DNA of 35,437 nt from Methanomicrobiales archaeon (GCA_013415575.1 JAAEES010000009.1:1-35437), one strand, 5' to 3'; shown: positions 16,256 through 24,731, numbered from the stretch's first letter. The notes: a model not told the origin generated them from the letters alone. Translations and numbers: made by a program.

Positions 16256-18034
16256 GTGACGCAGAAATCAGGCATCCGGACTCCGATTGTCGCCGTGCTT
16301 GGCCACGTCGATCATGGCAAGACCTCGCTTCTTGACCGGATAAGAGGTTCATCGGTGGTGAGCACCGAAGACGGAGCCATCACCCAGCATATCGGGGCGA
16401 CTATCGTTCCGATCGAAGCGATCAGGAAGATGAGCGGCACGATGGAAAAGATGCCTATCAGAGTTCCGGGACTCCTCTTCATCGACACTCCTGGTCACCA
16501 TGCATTCACCACCCTCCGTGCACGGGGAGGAGCGCTGGCGGACATGGCCATTCTGGTTGTGGACATCAACCAGGGATTCCAGCCACAGACCACCGAAGCG
16601 CTCCAGATCCTCCGCACCTACCGTACTCCCTTCGTCGTAGCGGCGACAAAAGTTGATCGCATTCATGGATGGCGCCCTTCAAAAGACGAGCCATTTCTCA
16701 CCTCATTCGCCCGCCAGAACGACCGGGTGAAGGATCTCGTGGAGACCAAGATCTACGGACTGGTGGCCAAGATCTCGGAATTCGGGTTCTCCGGGGAGCG
16801 CTTCGACAGGGTCTCCGATTTCCAGCGGAATCTGGCAATCGTGCCGGTCAGTGCCCACACCGGAGAGGGGATCGCCGAACTTCTCATGGTCATGATAGGG
16901 CTTGCCCAGCGCTACATGGAGCAGGATCTGGCATACTCAATTGATGGGCCCGGGACCGGAACGGTGCTCGAGGTCAAGGAAGAACGGGGTCTGGGAACCA
17001 CCCTTGACGTCATCCTCTATGATGGGACCCTCTCGGTGGGTGACGAGATAGCGATCGCCAGAACTGACGGGGTGGCGGTCACAAAAGTCCGGGCACTGCT
17101 GAAGCCGCGCCCCATGAAGGAAATCCTGGTTGAAGACCGGTTTGAACGGGTCAAGAAGGTAACGGCAGCTGTGGGAATCAAGGTGAGTGCCCCAAATCTC
17201 GATGGTACTATTGCCGGATCGCCGATCCAGGTGGTCTCCGGTGACCCGGAGCCGGTGAAGGAGCGGATCAGGAAAGAGATGGAGGAGATCTCGGTCAAGA
17301 TCTCTCCTGAAGGAGTAATAATAAAGGCGGATACGATAGGGGCGCTGGAAGCGCTCTGCAACGAGCTTGATGCAAAGGAAATCGGGGTCATGCGGGCCGA
17401 GGTGGGCCCGGTCAGCCGCCATGACCTCATCGAGGTGGAGACAATCAAGAACCACTATTACCGGGCCCTCCTCGCATTCAACACCGCAATCCTCCCTGAT
17501 GCGGCAGAGATGCTCAGGGATCCCGGGTATACGCAGGTGAAGGTCTTCGAAGGCCGGGTGATCTACCAGCTCGTTGATGATTATACCGCCTGGCGGGACG
17601 AGATGAAGAGGAAGGCTGAGCAGCAGCGGTTCGAGCAGATTATCATGCCGGCAAAGATCCGGATATTACCTCACTGCATTTTCCGACAGAGCAACCCCGC
17701 TGTGGTCGGTGTGCGGGTGCTCGGAGGAACACTCCGGACCGATGTCAACCTCATTCAGACCGATGGCAGGAAGGTCGGGCACCTCAAATCCATGCAGCTC
17801 AATCAGGAGAATATCCGTGAGGCGAAGGCCGGGGCTGAGGTTGCAATCTCTATCGAGGGAGCAACAGTCGGACGCCAGTTGAACGAGGGAGACGATCTCT
17901 TTGTAGAGATCCCCGAACGTCATGTCAAGGTGCTCGAACGTGAGATGCGGGCCACCCTGCCGATCAGCACTCAGGAAATTCTCGGTGAGTTTACGGTGAT
18001 GAAGCGCCAGGGCGATCCGTTCTGGGGCAAATAG
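16256..18034 (+). CDS. infB: translation initiation factor aIF5B (IF-2 family GTPase)
   Basis: 592 aa. GTG start preceded by AAGGTGG. G1 motif GHVDHGKTSLLD and G3 motif DTPGH. No intein. Confidence 0.93.
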   Translation: MTQKSGIRTPIVAVLGHVDHGKTSLLDRIRGSSVVSTEDGAITQHIGATIVPIEAIRKMSGTMEKMPIRVPGLLFIDTPGHHAFTTLRARGGALADMAILVVDINQGFQPQTTEALQILRTYRTPFVVAATKVDRIHGWRPSKDEPFLTSFARQNDRVKDLVETKIYGLVAKISEFGFSGERFDRVSDFQRNLAIVPVSAHTGEGIAELLMVMIGLAQRYMEQDLAYSIDGPGTGTVLEVKEERGLGTTLDVILYDGTLSVGDEIAIARTDGVAVTKVRALLKPRPMKEILVEDRFERVKKVTAAVGIKVSAPNLDGTIAGSPIQVVSGDPEPVKERIRKEMEEISVKISPEGVIIKADTIGALEALCNELDAKEIGVMRAEVGPVSRHDLIEVETIKNHYYRALLAFNTAILPDAAEMLRDPGYTQVKVFEGRVIYQLVDDYTAWRDEMKRKAEQQRFEQIIMPAKIRILPHCIFRQSNPAVVGVRVLGGTLRTDVNLIQTDGRKVGHLKSMQLNQENIREAKAGAEVAISIEGATVGRQLNEGDDLFVEIPERHVKVLEREMRATLPISTQEILGEFTVMKRQGDPFWGK

Positions 18035-18183
18035 TATTTAATAGATCGGCCGCCCAAAATTATGGGTACTTCCCGGGGGAGAACCGCATGCAGGCACCGG
18101 TACCTGGTGCAGTCCGGTCGAGATGAGATCCGGATCGCGGCCCCCTGTCTCCGGGATACTATTGAATCAAGGAGTCGTGGCAC

Positions 18184-18588
18184 ATGGTGGAGTTCAAGGT
18201 TGTATTGTCTGACCAGAAGTCAGGTCGGGCATATAATATCAACGTGAGTGGTGGTCCGGCAGGTGCCATCATCGGGAAACGGATTGGAGACGAGTTGGAT
18301 GCAGGGCCATTCGGTCTGCCGGGGTACCGCATGAAGATCACCGGGGGATCTGACCGGAATGGGACCCCGGCCCGGAGGAACCTCCCTCTATCCGGCAGGA
18401 AGAGACTGCTGCTCTCGGGCGGTGTCGGGTTCAAACCGGTCAGGGAAGGGCAACGGCGGAGGAAATCAATCCGGGGCAACGAGATCACCGCGGATTTTGT
18501 CCAGGTCAATGCCCGGATCACCGCCTACGGCGACAAATCCCTTGAAGAATACTTTGCCAAACCCGCCCCCGAAGAACAGAAAGAATAA
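18184..18588 (+). CDS. rps6e: 30S ribosomal protein S6e
   Basis: 134 aa. MVEFKVVLSDQKSGRAYNI...ITGGSDRNGTPARRNL...KSIRGNEI is typical S6e. AGGAG lies upstream. Confidence 0.92.
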   Translation: MVEFKVVLSDQKSGRAYNINVSGGPAGAIIGKRIGDELDAGPFGLPGYRMKITGGSDRNGTPARRNLPLSGRKRLLLSGGVGFKPVREGQRRRKSIRGNEITADFVQVNARITAYGDKSLEEYFAKPAPEEQKE

Positions 18589-18592
18589 TATT

Positions 18593-19054
18593 TTATTTTT
18601 TCAGGATCGTTTCCCTCAGCGCAGGGAGCAGATCTTCAAAAGGTACGCCATAGCGCCGTGCCAGGATAACAATTGCCGCTTCCGGCCTGATCTTCCCCTC
18701 GAAATTCTTGTGGATGAGGGTGTTCATCTCGGCAGCAATGGTGGTGAGGGGGAGATTACGCTGCAGGGCAATCCGCTGCATGAGCTCCTCCTGCGGGTCC
18801 GATTTCCGGAACACCGAGGCTGATGGTTTGAATCCGAGTGGGATCTCAACCGCTCCCACATCGAAAAGCGGCCGGATCATATCGCCTTCATAAGCGATCA
18901 ATCCCTCCTCCTCTGCCCGTGAGAGGAGCATGGTGGCCTGCTCGATATTCATCCATCCCCGTTCAAACGCAAGATAATAGACGATCTCATTCTTTTTCAG
19001 GCGTTCTTTTCGCGTATGCCTGAACGGTGCGGCGATGGTGCTGGCGAGACTCAT
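18593..19054 (-). CDS. conserved archaeal hypothetical protein (DUF2240-like)
   Basis: 153-aa ORF convergent with rps6e (4-nt gap). The family assignment is from memory of the sequence pattern only. Confidence 0.6.
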   Translation of the reverse strand: MSLASTIAAPFRHTRKERLKKNEIVYYLAFERGWMNIEQATMLLSRAEEEGLIAYEGDMIRPLFDVGAVEIPLGFKPSASVFRKSDPQEELMQRIALQRNLPLTTIAAEMNTLIHKNFEGKIRPEAAIVILARRYGVPFEDLLPALRETILKK

Positions 19055-19198
19055 ACCTGCTCCTGGCAGTGCTTACCGGACGGGGATGTTCCCTCACTCT
19101 GCATACAGGAATAACCGTATATCACCGGTTTTTATCAAGCAATCGATCGGCAACCGTATCGAACGAGAGAACCTCCGGGCACGGTTCGCAAGACTCAT

Positions 19199-19552
19199 AT
19201 GATCGGCATGGCGATGATGGAGTATATGACGAGAACCAGGGAGCATGCAGAAGCAGCCAAGCAGCAGATCGACCAGATCGCCACCGAAATCGAGCGACTT
19301 CAGGCGAAGGCAGACCAGACCATAACTGATCTCCGTGCCGAGTACGAGCGAAGGATTAAGGATCTCTCTGCGGAATACGACAGAGAGCTCCGTAATCTTC
19401 GCCAGATGCGGTATGATACGGAAGAGCGGGTCACTATGTTGATGAATGCCAGCGGGAGTGCGGTAGAGGAGGTCCGCTCAGGGGTCGATGCGGCAATCAA
19501 CGAAATGAATGCCGCTCTTGTCCGGGCGAGGAAGCACTTCAAAGACCTCTGA
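19199..19552 (+). CDS. coiled-coil hypothetical protein
   Basis: 117 aa with heptad-like charged repeats (EIERLQAKADQTITDLRAEYERRIKDLSAEYDRELRNLRQ). No recognised domain. Confidence 0.55.
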   Translation: MIGMAMMEYMTRTREHAEAAKQQIDQIATEIERLQAKADQTITDLRAEYERRIKDLSAEYDRELRNLRQMRYDTEERVTMLMNASGSAVEEVRSGVDAAINEMNAALVRARKHFKDL

Positions 19553-19625
19553 TTCCACAGCGGACAATTCAGGGAGGAATGTCCAGGATCGATATAATTA
19601 TTATTGATAATTCCGATAGGTATTT

Positions 19626-19735
19626 CGACAAAAGTCGTATCCTACTGTCCTCCTACACCCTTTGCTAGGGGTACGACTTTTGGCATACCAGGTATCGGGG
19701 GTACGGCCGCAGGAACGGCTGCTCTCTATTTTTTA
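19626..19735 (+). ncRNA. candidate small structured RNA (unclassified)
   Basis: An A/T-rich box at 19591-19610 is followed by a perfect 11-bp stem (19629-19639 with 19672-19682), a second hairpin at 19703-19720, and a T6 run at 19729-19734. No ORF. Confidence 0.3.
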
Positions 19736-19754
19736 CGTGCTATATAAAAAGGGA

Positions 19755-20132
19755 TTATTCGATAAGAATTGCGTTGATGACGCCATCCTGGCCGGGTCTG
19801 CTGATAATGCGCGCACGTCCTGCTTCGGTCCTGATAACCGCCCCTTTGGTGAGAAGGTTTCGTCTGACGTAGTTCGGATTTGCGCCATTCTCTTCAACAG
19901 TCTCGATAGCTGCTTTCCTTATCTCGCCATTTGCACGGTTTGCCACATTGGCGTACTGTGCACGCATCGCACGAACCTTGGGGTTCCCGCCGTACGAGCG
20001 GATAACCTTCCTGCGGTCCTCACCGATATGGGTCTCGGCCGGAGCCGAACCTATTTCGCACCTCCGCTTTCCCTGCGAGGGGCGGTATCTTCCACCGGTA
20101 GCCCTCCGGACTGATCTTCCCTGCCAGAGCAT
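19755..20132 (-). CDS. rps8e: 30S ribosomal protein S8e
   Basis: 125 aa. MLWQGRSVRRATGGRYRPSQGKRR...NPNYVRRNLLTKGAVI is typical S8e. A T5 run lies just past the stop. Confidence 0.92.
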   Translation of the reverse strand: MLWQGRSVRRATGGRYRPSQGKRRCEIGSAPAETHIGEDRRKVIRSYGGNPKVRAMRAQYANVANRANGEIRKAAIETVEENGANPNYVRRNLLTKGAVIRTEAGRARIISRPGQDGVINAILIE

Positions 20133-20214
20133 CGTATATTCCTCTCAAACCTATGTTCGCATCATCACCGCGTGAATCGAACAGAGTGCTGCATATATAA
20201 TCCCTACAACATAT

Positions 20215-20874
20215 TTAAGAACTCTGTTTGGCCAGCAGCGCGTCGATGACCGCCCCGAGTCCCTCGCCATTCTTCAGATCGGTCCGGCATATCGTCATTG
20301 ACGGATTATAACGGCGCATATCCGCCTCCATCCGGTCGAGACTAGCCCCCACCAGCGGTGCCAGGTCCACTTTATTGATGATGCCGATATCGCAGCCGCG
20401 GAACATCATCGGATGTTTGTTCACCACATCGTCACCTTCGGTTGCACTCACGATGACCACTCTCTTCTCCGCACCAAGCAGAAAATCTGTCGGACAGACC
20501 ATGTTGCCGACATTCTCGATGAAGAGGAGATCGATTTCATCGAGCGGCAGGCCCTCCGCAGCGTGCTCGACAAGGTGGGCATCAAGATGGCATTCCTTCC
20601 CCGTATTTGCATTCACCACCGGAATGCCGAGGACTCTGATCCTCTGGAAGTCATCATCCCCATAGCAGTCACCGGCGATTGCCCCTGCCCTGATTCCCCG
20701 TTCTTTCAGGACTGGCACAATCTTCTCTATGAGCGCGGTCTTCCCTGAGCCGATCGCACCGAGGAGATCAATGGCCCGTACACCATGCGCCCTGAATTGA
20801 GAAGCATTTTCCCGCGCAATACGGTTATTGACGTCGAATATATCTTTCTCGAGCCTGACGTCGATATGGTGCAT
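20215..20874 (-). CDS. hypB: hydrogenase nickel-incorporation GTPase HypB
   Basis: Start taken at the internal ATG 20874 (MHHIDVRLEK...). A TATAAA box lies about 25 nt upstream. P-loop GAIGSGKTAL and the IENVGNMVCP motif are present. The ORF-track extension to 20958 is Cys/Ile-rich and implausible. Confidence 0.88.
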   Translation of the reverse strand: MHHIDVRLEKDIFDVNNRIARENASQFRAHGVRAIDLLGAIGSGKTALIEKIVPVLKERGIRAGAIAGDCYGDDDFQRIRVLGIPVVNANTGKECHLDAHLVEHAAEGLPLDEIDLLFIENVGNMVCPTDFLLGAEKRVVIVSATEGDDVVNKHPMMFRGCDIGIINKVDLAPLVGASLDRMEADMRRYNPSMTICRTDLKNGEGLGAVIDALLAKQSS

Positions 20875-21089
20875 GCAGTAGTGTATGATGCTGCAGTGTT
20901 TATAGGTTCCATTCGCACACCTTAGTATAATGAAGGATGAGATGAAGGGGCAGCGCATCCTCTATCCCTGCTGAGCCACCCTGCATACTGGTGGAAACAC
21001 GAAGGCCGTATCGTGGTGAGCTGGGAACAGGGGAAAGAGAAGCTTCTCGCCACAGTGGCCGCTGCACTTGAAGGAAGGCGGTGATCGGG

Positions 21090-21740
21090 ATGTATGATTT
21101 GCATACCCATAGCACCCTGACTGACGGTGAGCTGATTCCTATCGAGCTGGTCAGGAGAATGGCTGTGCTTGGGTATACGACTGTGGCCATTACTGACCAT
21201 GCCGATCCAGCCAACCTGCACTTCGTCATTGAAGCAGTTCAGAAGGTGAAGGAAGCGGCACTTCTGTATGGCGTGAATCTGCTGTGCGGCGTCGAGCTCA
21301 CCCACCTCCCCCCGGCCATGATCGCGTCCTGTGCATGTGAGGCCAAGCAGAGTGGGGCAGATATCGTAGTGGTCCATGGTGAGACGACTGTTGAGCCGGT
21401 GGCCGAAGGGACCAATAGCGCAGCCTGCACCTGCGACGCTGTGGACATCCTCGCCCATCCCGGCCTGATCACTCTGGACGATGCCGAAGCAGCCCGGGAT
21501 CACCGGGTGGCCCTGGAGATAACCTCCCGGGGTGGCCATAACCGGACGAACGGGTATGTGGTGACGGTGGCACGGGAAGCAGGATGTCTCCTCGTCGTGA
21601 ACTCCGACGCGCACGGTCCGCAGGATCTCCTCGATGAGCGCGCGAGATTTCTGGTTGCGCGGGGTGCAGGACTTAAAAAGGACGAATGCTCCCGCGTGTT
21701 GGCTTTAAATATCGATTCACTGCTTTTACGCGGAATTTGA
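21090..21740 (+). CDS. PHP-family (histidinol-phosphatase-like) metal-dependent phosphoesterase
   Basis: MYDLHTHSTLTDGE, ITDHAD, VHGET, AHP and NSDAH motifs. ATG 21090 is preferred. GTG 21081 is possible. Confidence 0.8.
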   Translation: MYDLHTHSTLTDGELIPIELVRRMAVLGYTTVAITDHADPANLHFVIEAVQKVKEAALLYGVNLLCGVELTHLPPAMIASCACEAKQSGADIVVVHGETTVEPVAEGTNSAACTCDAVDILAHPGLITLDDAEAARDHRVALEITSRGGHNRTNGYVVTVAREAGCLLVVNSDAHGPQDLLDERARFLVARGAGLKKDECSRVLALNIDSLLLRGI

Positions 21741-21800
21741 TATTTATACCTTTACAATAAGTTTTTATACTATAAATAAGAATATATATAGATTACTAAA
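21741..21800 (+). promoter_or_regulatory. A/T-rich promoter region upstream of gar1-tfb
   Basis: A 60-nt island with several TATA-like boxes (TATTTATAC, TTTTTATAC, TATAAATAAG, ATATATATAG) in an otherwise GC-rich genome. Confidence 0.5.
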
Positions 21801-21847
21801 CAGTTTCACTGCCATTTTTCCGTGGGCAGGACTGACGGGGTTTTATC

Positions 21848-22075
21848 TTGAAAGCGATTGGGAATGCGGTGCATACGGTAGGGAAGCGACTCCTTGTTCT
21901 TCGCTGCGATCCGGCCCAGCTTCCCAGGATGTATTCCGAGGTCGTTGACAGGAGAATGAAGCCCGTAGGAAAAGTGGTGGATGTGTTTGGGAACGTGGCA
22001 ACTCCGTATGCGGCCGTGCTCTGCAAGGCAGAATGCAGGGTGGCAGCAGGGGAGAAGTTGTTCATCACAAGGTAG
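21848..22075 (+). CDS. gar1: H/ACA ribonucleoprotein complex subunit Gar1
   Basis: 75 aa. MKAIGNAVHTVGKRLLVLR...VGKVVDVFGNVATPYAAV is typical archaeal Gar1. TTG start (GTG 21869 is the alternative). The conserved gar1-tfb synteny is present. Confidence 0.8.
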   Translation: MKAIGNAVHTVGKRLLVLRCDPAQLPRMYSEVVDRRMKPVGKVVDVFGNVATPYAAVLCKAECRVAAGEKLFITR

Positions 22076-22084
22076 GCGAAGAGT

Positions 22085-23095
22085 ATGCAGGAAGTAGAGA
22101 AGTTAAAGATCCTTCAGAACGAGAGAGAAGCTCTCAAACACCGTCTGAAAGAGCGGGTTAAGGAGCACGAGAAGAAAGCAGAGGATCACACCGAGACGGT
22201 CTGTCCCGAGTGCGGGAGCCGCCAGCTGGTCCATGATTATGAACGTGCAGAGCTGGTCTGCCAGAACTGCGGGCTGGTCATCGACGAGGACTTCATCGAC
22301 CGCGGGCCGGAATGGCGGGCGTTTGACCACGACCAGCGGATGAAGCGCTCCCGGGTCGGTGCTCCGATGACCTTCACCATCCATGACAAAGGGCTCTCCA
22401 CAATGATCGACTGGAGGAACCGGGACTCGTATGGGAGGGCCATCTCGAGCAAGAATCGTGCCCAGCTGTATCGCCTGCGTAAGTGGCAGCGGAGGATCAG
22501 GGTCAGCAATGCAACCGAGCGGAACCTCGCATTTGCCCTCTCCGAGCTTGACCGTATGGCCTCCGCTCTCGGCCTCCCGCGCAATGTACGGGAGACGGCT
22601 GCGGTGGTGTACCGTGATGCGGTGGACAAGAACCTGATCAGGGGAAGGAGCATTGAAGGTGTTGCTGCGGCAGCCCTCTATGCAGCATGCCGTCAGTGCA
22701 GCGTCCCCCGGACCCTTGATGAGATTGCCGAAGTATCACGGGTATCCCGCAAAGAGATCGGGAGGACCTACCGGTTCATCTCCCGTGAACTGGGACTCAA
22801 GCTTCTTCCCACATCCCCGATCGACTATGTGCCGCGGTTCTGCTCGGGCCTGAACCTGAAAGGAGAGGTCCAGAGCAGGGCGGTGGAGATCCTCCGGCAG
22901 GCCGGTGAGCGCGAGCTGACCAGCGGCCGGGGCCCGACTGGTGTTGCTGCGGCTGCGATTTATATCTCATCCATCCTTGGCGGAGAGCGGCGAACCCAGC
23001 GGGAGGTTGCCGAAGTTGCCGGGGTTACTGAAGTAACCATCCGGAACCGGTACAAGGAACTGGCAGAGAAACTGGACATCGAGATCATCCTCTGA
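22085..23095 (+). CDS. tfb: transcription initiation factor IIB (TFB)
   Basis: 336 aa. Zn ribbon CPECGS...CQNCG, B-reader, and two cyclin repeats ([18 protein letters not shown] / [12 protein letters not shown]). Confidence 0.93.
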   Translation: MQEVEKLKILQNEREALKHRLKERVKEHEKKAEDHTETVCPECGSRQLVHDYERAELVCQNCGLVIDEDFIDRGPEWRAFDHDQRMKRSRVGAPMTFTIHDKGLSTMIDWRNRDSYGRAISSKNRAQLYRLRKWQRRIRVSNATERNLAFALSELDRMASALGLPRNVRETAAVVYRDAVDKNLIRGRSIEGVAAAALYAACRQCSVPRTLDEIAEVSRVSRKEIGRTYRFISRELGLKLLPTSPIDYVPRFCSGLNLKGEVQSRAVEILRQAGERELTSGRGPTGVAAAAIYISSILGGERRTQREVAEVAGVTEVTIRNRYKELAEKLDIEIIL

Positions 23096-23200
23096 TCTCA
23101 CCGATACTTTTCTTGGCGCTCATACCGGCATATGCCGGCGAAGAGGGTGGAAGAGGAACAACTATATCCAACCGGAAGATACCTAGTACACCGCATTTCA

Positions 23201-23272
23201 GGGCTTGTAGATCAGGGGTAGATCGTTACGTTCGCAACGTAAAGGCCGCGGGTTCGAATCCCGCCAAGTCCA
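23201..23272 (+). tRNA. tRNA-Ala (anticodon CGC)
   Basis: 72-nt cloverleaf. Acceptor GGGCTTG/CAAGTCC with the G3:U70 alanine identity pair, anticodon loop TTCGCAA, T loop TTCGAAT, discriminator A. A T6 run follows at 23280-23285. Confidence 0.92.
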
Positions 23273-23296
23273 TATTCTCTTTTTTAGGAGTAGGAA

Positions 23297-23342
23297 GAGG
23301 TGACCGGAGGTCGCCGTGGTTTCGAAAGGCGAAGCCTTCGGT
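23297..23342 (+). repeat. double-hairpin repeat module, copy 1
   Basis: GAGGTGACCGGAGGTCGCCGTGGTTTCGAAAGGCGAAGCCTTCGGT folds into two hairpins, GACC-GGA-GGTC(GCC) and GAAAGGC-GAA-GCCTTC. It is followed at 23353-23374 by a 22-nt exact copy of tRNA-Ala(CGC) positions 23241-23262. Confidence 0.75.
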
Positions 23343-23433
23343 CCGCAAAAGGAAAGGCCGCGGGTTCGAATCCCCCACTGGTGCAGATTCGCAATGCCTA
23401 TTACCTATCTGCTCTGAACTCTTAGGGCAGGAA

Positions 23434-23505
23434 GGGCTCGTAGATCAGGGGTAGATCGTCACGTTTGCAACGTGAAGGCCACGGGTTCAAATCCCGTCGA
23501 GTCCA
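23434..23505 (+). tRNA. tRNA-Ala (anticodon TGC)
   Basis: 72-nt cloverleaf. Acceptor GGGCTCG/CGAGTCC with G3:U70, anticodon loop TTTGCAA, T loop TTCAAAT. A T7 run follows at 23508-23514. Confidence 0.92.
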
Positions 23506-23720
23506 TATTTTTTTATTACGATCATCCAGTATTCCTTCTGAAAAACCCGGTGGAAAAGAGGCGACCGGAGGTCGCCATGGTTTCGAAAGGCGAAGCCTTC
23601 GGTTCGGAACCGTCGAGTCCATATTTTTTATTACAATCATCCAGTATTCCATCTAAAAAACCCGGTGGAAAAGAGGCTGCCGGGGGTCGCCATGGGGTCG
23701 AGAGGTGAAGCTTTCGGCCT
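23494..23720 (+). repeat. about 116-bp tandem duplication seeded in the 3' end of tRNA-Ala(TGC)
   Basis: Unit A (23494-23609) and unit B (from 23610) both begin CCGTCGAGTCCATATTTTTTATTAC. They continue near-identically through ...ATCATCCAGTATTCC(T/A)TCT(G/A)AAAAACCCGGTGGAAAAGAGGC and the hairpin module. Confidence 0.8.
23558..23603 (+). repeat. double-hairpin repeat module, copy 2
   Basis: GAGGCGACCGGAGGTCGCCATGGTTTCGAAAGGCGAAGCCTTCGGT. It is followed directly by the T-arm/acceptor-like fragment GGTTCGGAACCGTCGAGTCCA. Confidence 0.75.
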
Positions 23721-23750
23721 GGAAAAGGAAAGGCCAGGATTCCGATTCGG
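23673..23750 (+). repeat. double-hairpin repeat module, copy 3 (degenerate) with decayed tRNA 3'-half
   Basis: GAGGCTGCCGGGGGTCGCCATGGGGTCGAGAGGTGAAGCTTTCGGCC...GGAAAAGGAAAGGCCAGGATTCCGATTCGG aligns with copy 1 through its tRNA-like tail. Confidence 0.6.
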
Positions 23751-23775
23751 GTATGGGACGAACAGGATGGACTGG

Positions 23776-24111
23776 TTAATCGATCCAGTCGAGAAGAAGT
23801 CCGGGATCCTTTCTGGCGAAACGTCCTTGCGGGGTGCCGGTCCCCTCGTAATCGTGCCGGGATTCTTTCGGGCGGATATCAGAAAGAACGGGCAGGGGGT
23901 CACGGGGAGGTTCATGCGGCTGGGAGTGTACTTCTTCGGCCAGGATGATCGGGTTTGGGGAAGCGACTTTCTGGTTCTCCTGGAAGAGAGGACTGTTTTC
24001 GGGGAGGAACCCTTCACCCGTGCCCCGTTGCAGGACAAAATCTATATAAGTCTCTACTTCGCGCCGCTGGTCAGGAGAGAGCCGGGTGATTTTTTCGTCT
24101 AGTGAACCCAT
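23776..24111 (-). CDS. hypothetical protein with DUF2281-like (antitoxin-like) N-terminus and disordered tail
   Basis: MGSLDEKITRLSPDQRREVETYIDFVLQR matches the pattern I associate with DUF2281 (LP..LQ.EV.DFV.FL). GGTGGG lies upstream of ATG 24111 (the track ORF starts at GTG 24138). It conflicts with plus-strand ORF 23665..24102. Confidence 0.5.
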   Translation of the reverse strand: MGSLDEKITRLSPDQRREVETYIDFVLQRGTGEGFLPENSPLFQENQKVASPNPIILAEEVHSQPHEPPRDPLPVLSDIRPKESRHDYEGTGTPQGRFARKDPGLLLDWID

Positions 24112-24194
24112 GATACCCACCCCACGGTTTTCTGCCACAGGTTTCTGTTGTCAGAGGGCATTAAACCACCTCACCTGGAGCAGTCCCGTTCTGC

Positions 24195-24731
24195 CTACCG
24201 CCGCCCGGCAGAACCGGTCAGGAACAGGATACGGCAGCTGTGCTCTGCAAGTGAGGTGAGAATGTATGCCTCGTCAAGGTTCTCTCCTGCGGTAAATGTC
24301 CCGTGTCCCCGGGCAACAACGACCCTGTATACGTTCAGGGCACCTGCAACCTGCTCTGCCAGGTCATCACTGCCGCAGGCTCCACCGACAACCGGTATAA
24401 GGGGGGCAAGCAGCATCCCCTCTGCATCTACCGGAACTATCCGGTCACAGGCGAGTGAGCAGGCAACCGCATGTGGAGGGTGGGCATGGACGATGGCCTG
24501 GTGATTGGTGATGCCGTAGGTTGCACGATGGACCCGGTACTCACCTGAGGCATGTTCCGGAACATCGCCCTCCATCGGAACGTAGACAGGAGTTCCCGGG
24601 ACGTCAAGGTACGATCCGCTCCGGGTGATGAAGAACCCGTTTCCCGACCTGACGCTCATGTTGCCGAAACTGCCACAGAGGAGCCCTTCGGCAAAGAGCC
24701 GTTTTCCAATCCGTTCGATATCAGACCGCAT
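24195..24731 (-). CDS. class II aldolase/adducin-family protein (fuculose-1-phosphate aldolase-like)
   Basis: GSFGNMSVR, the His ligands in IVHAHPPHAV, and ARGHGTFTAGENLDEAY. Start taken at the internal ATG 24731. The ORF-track start at 24797 would overlap npdG by 23 nt. Confidence 0.8.
   Translation of the reverse strand: MRSDIERIGKRLFAEGLLCGSFGNMSVRSGNGFFITRSGSYLDVPGTPVYVPMEGDVPEHASGEYRVHRATYGITNHQAIVHAHPPHAVACSLACDRIVPVDAEGMLLAPLIPVVGGACGSDDLAEQVAGALNVYRVVVARGHGTFTAGENLDEAYILTSLAEHSCRILFLTGSAGRR

Noticed and set aside
18035-18183. Possible C/D-box or other sRNA in the infB-rps6e spacer
   Set aside because: There is only a one-mismatch C-box-like GAGATGA and no D box (CTGA) at a suitable distance. 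The region is more simply the TATA box (GTATTTAATAG) plus a roughly 110-nt rps6e leader containing a short GCACC...GGTGC hairpin.
20922-21614. 230-aa minus-strand ORF
   Set aside because: It is antisense to the PHP phosphoesterase, whose metal-binding His/Asp motifs are on the plus strand.
23353-23621. tRNA-like fragments (23353-23385 and 23601-23621) considered as functional, split or intron-containing tRNAs
   Set aside because: I could not find a complementary 5' acceptor strand, D arm or anticodon arm upstream. The T stem of the first fragment carries a C-C mismatch. I treated them as fragments within the repeat locus.
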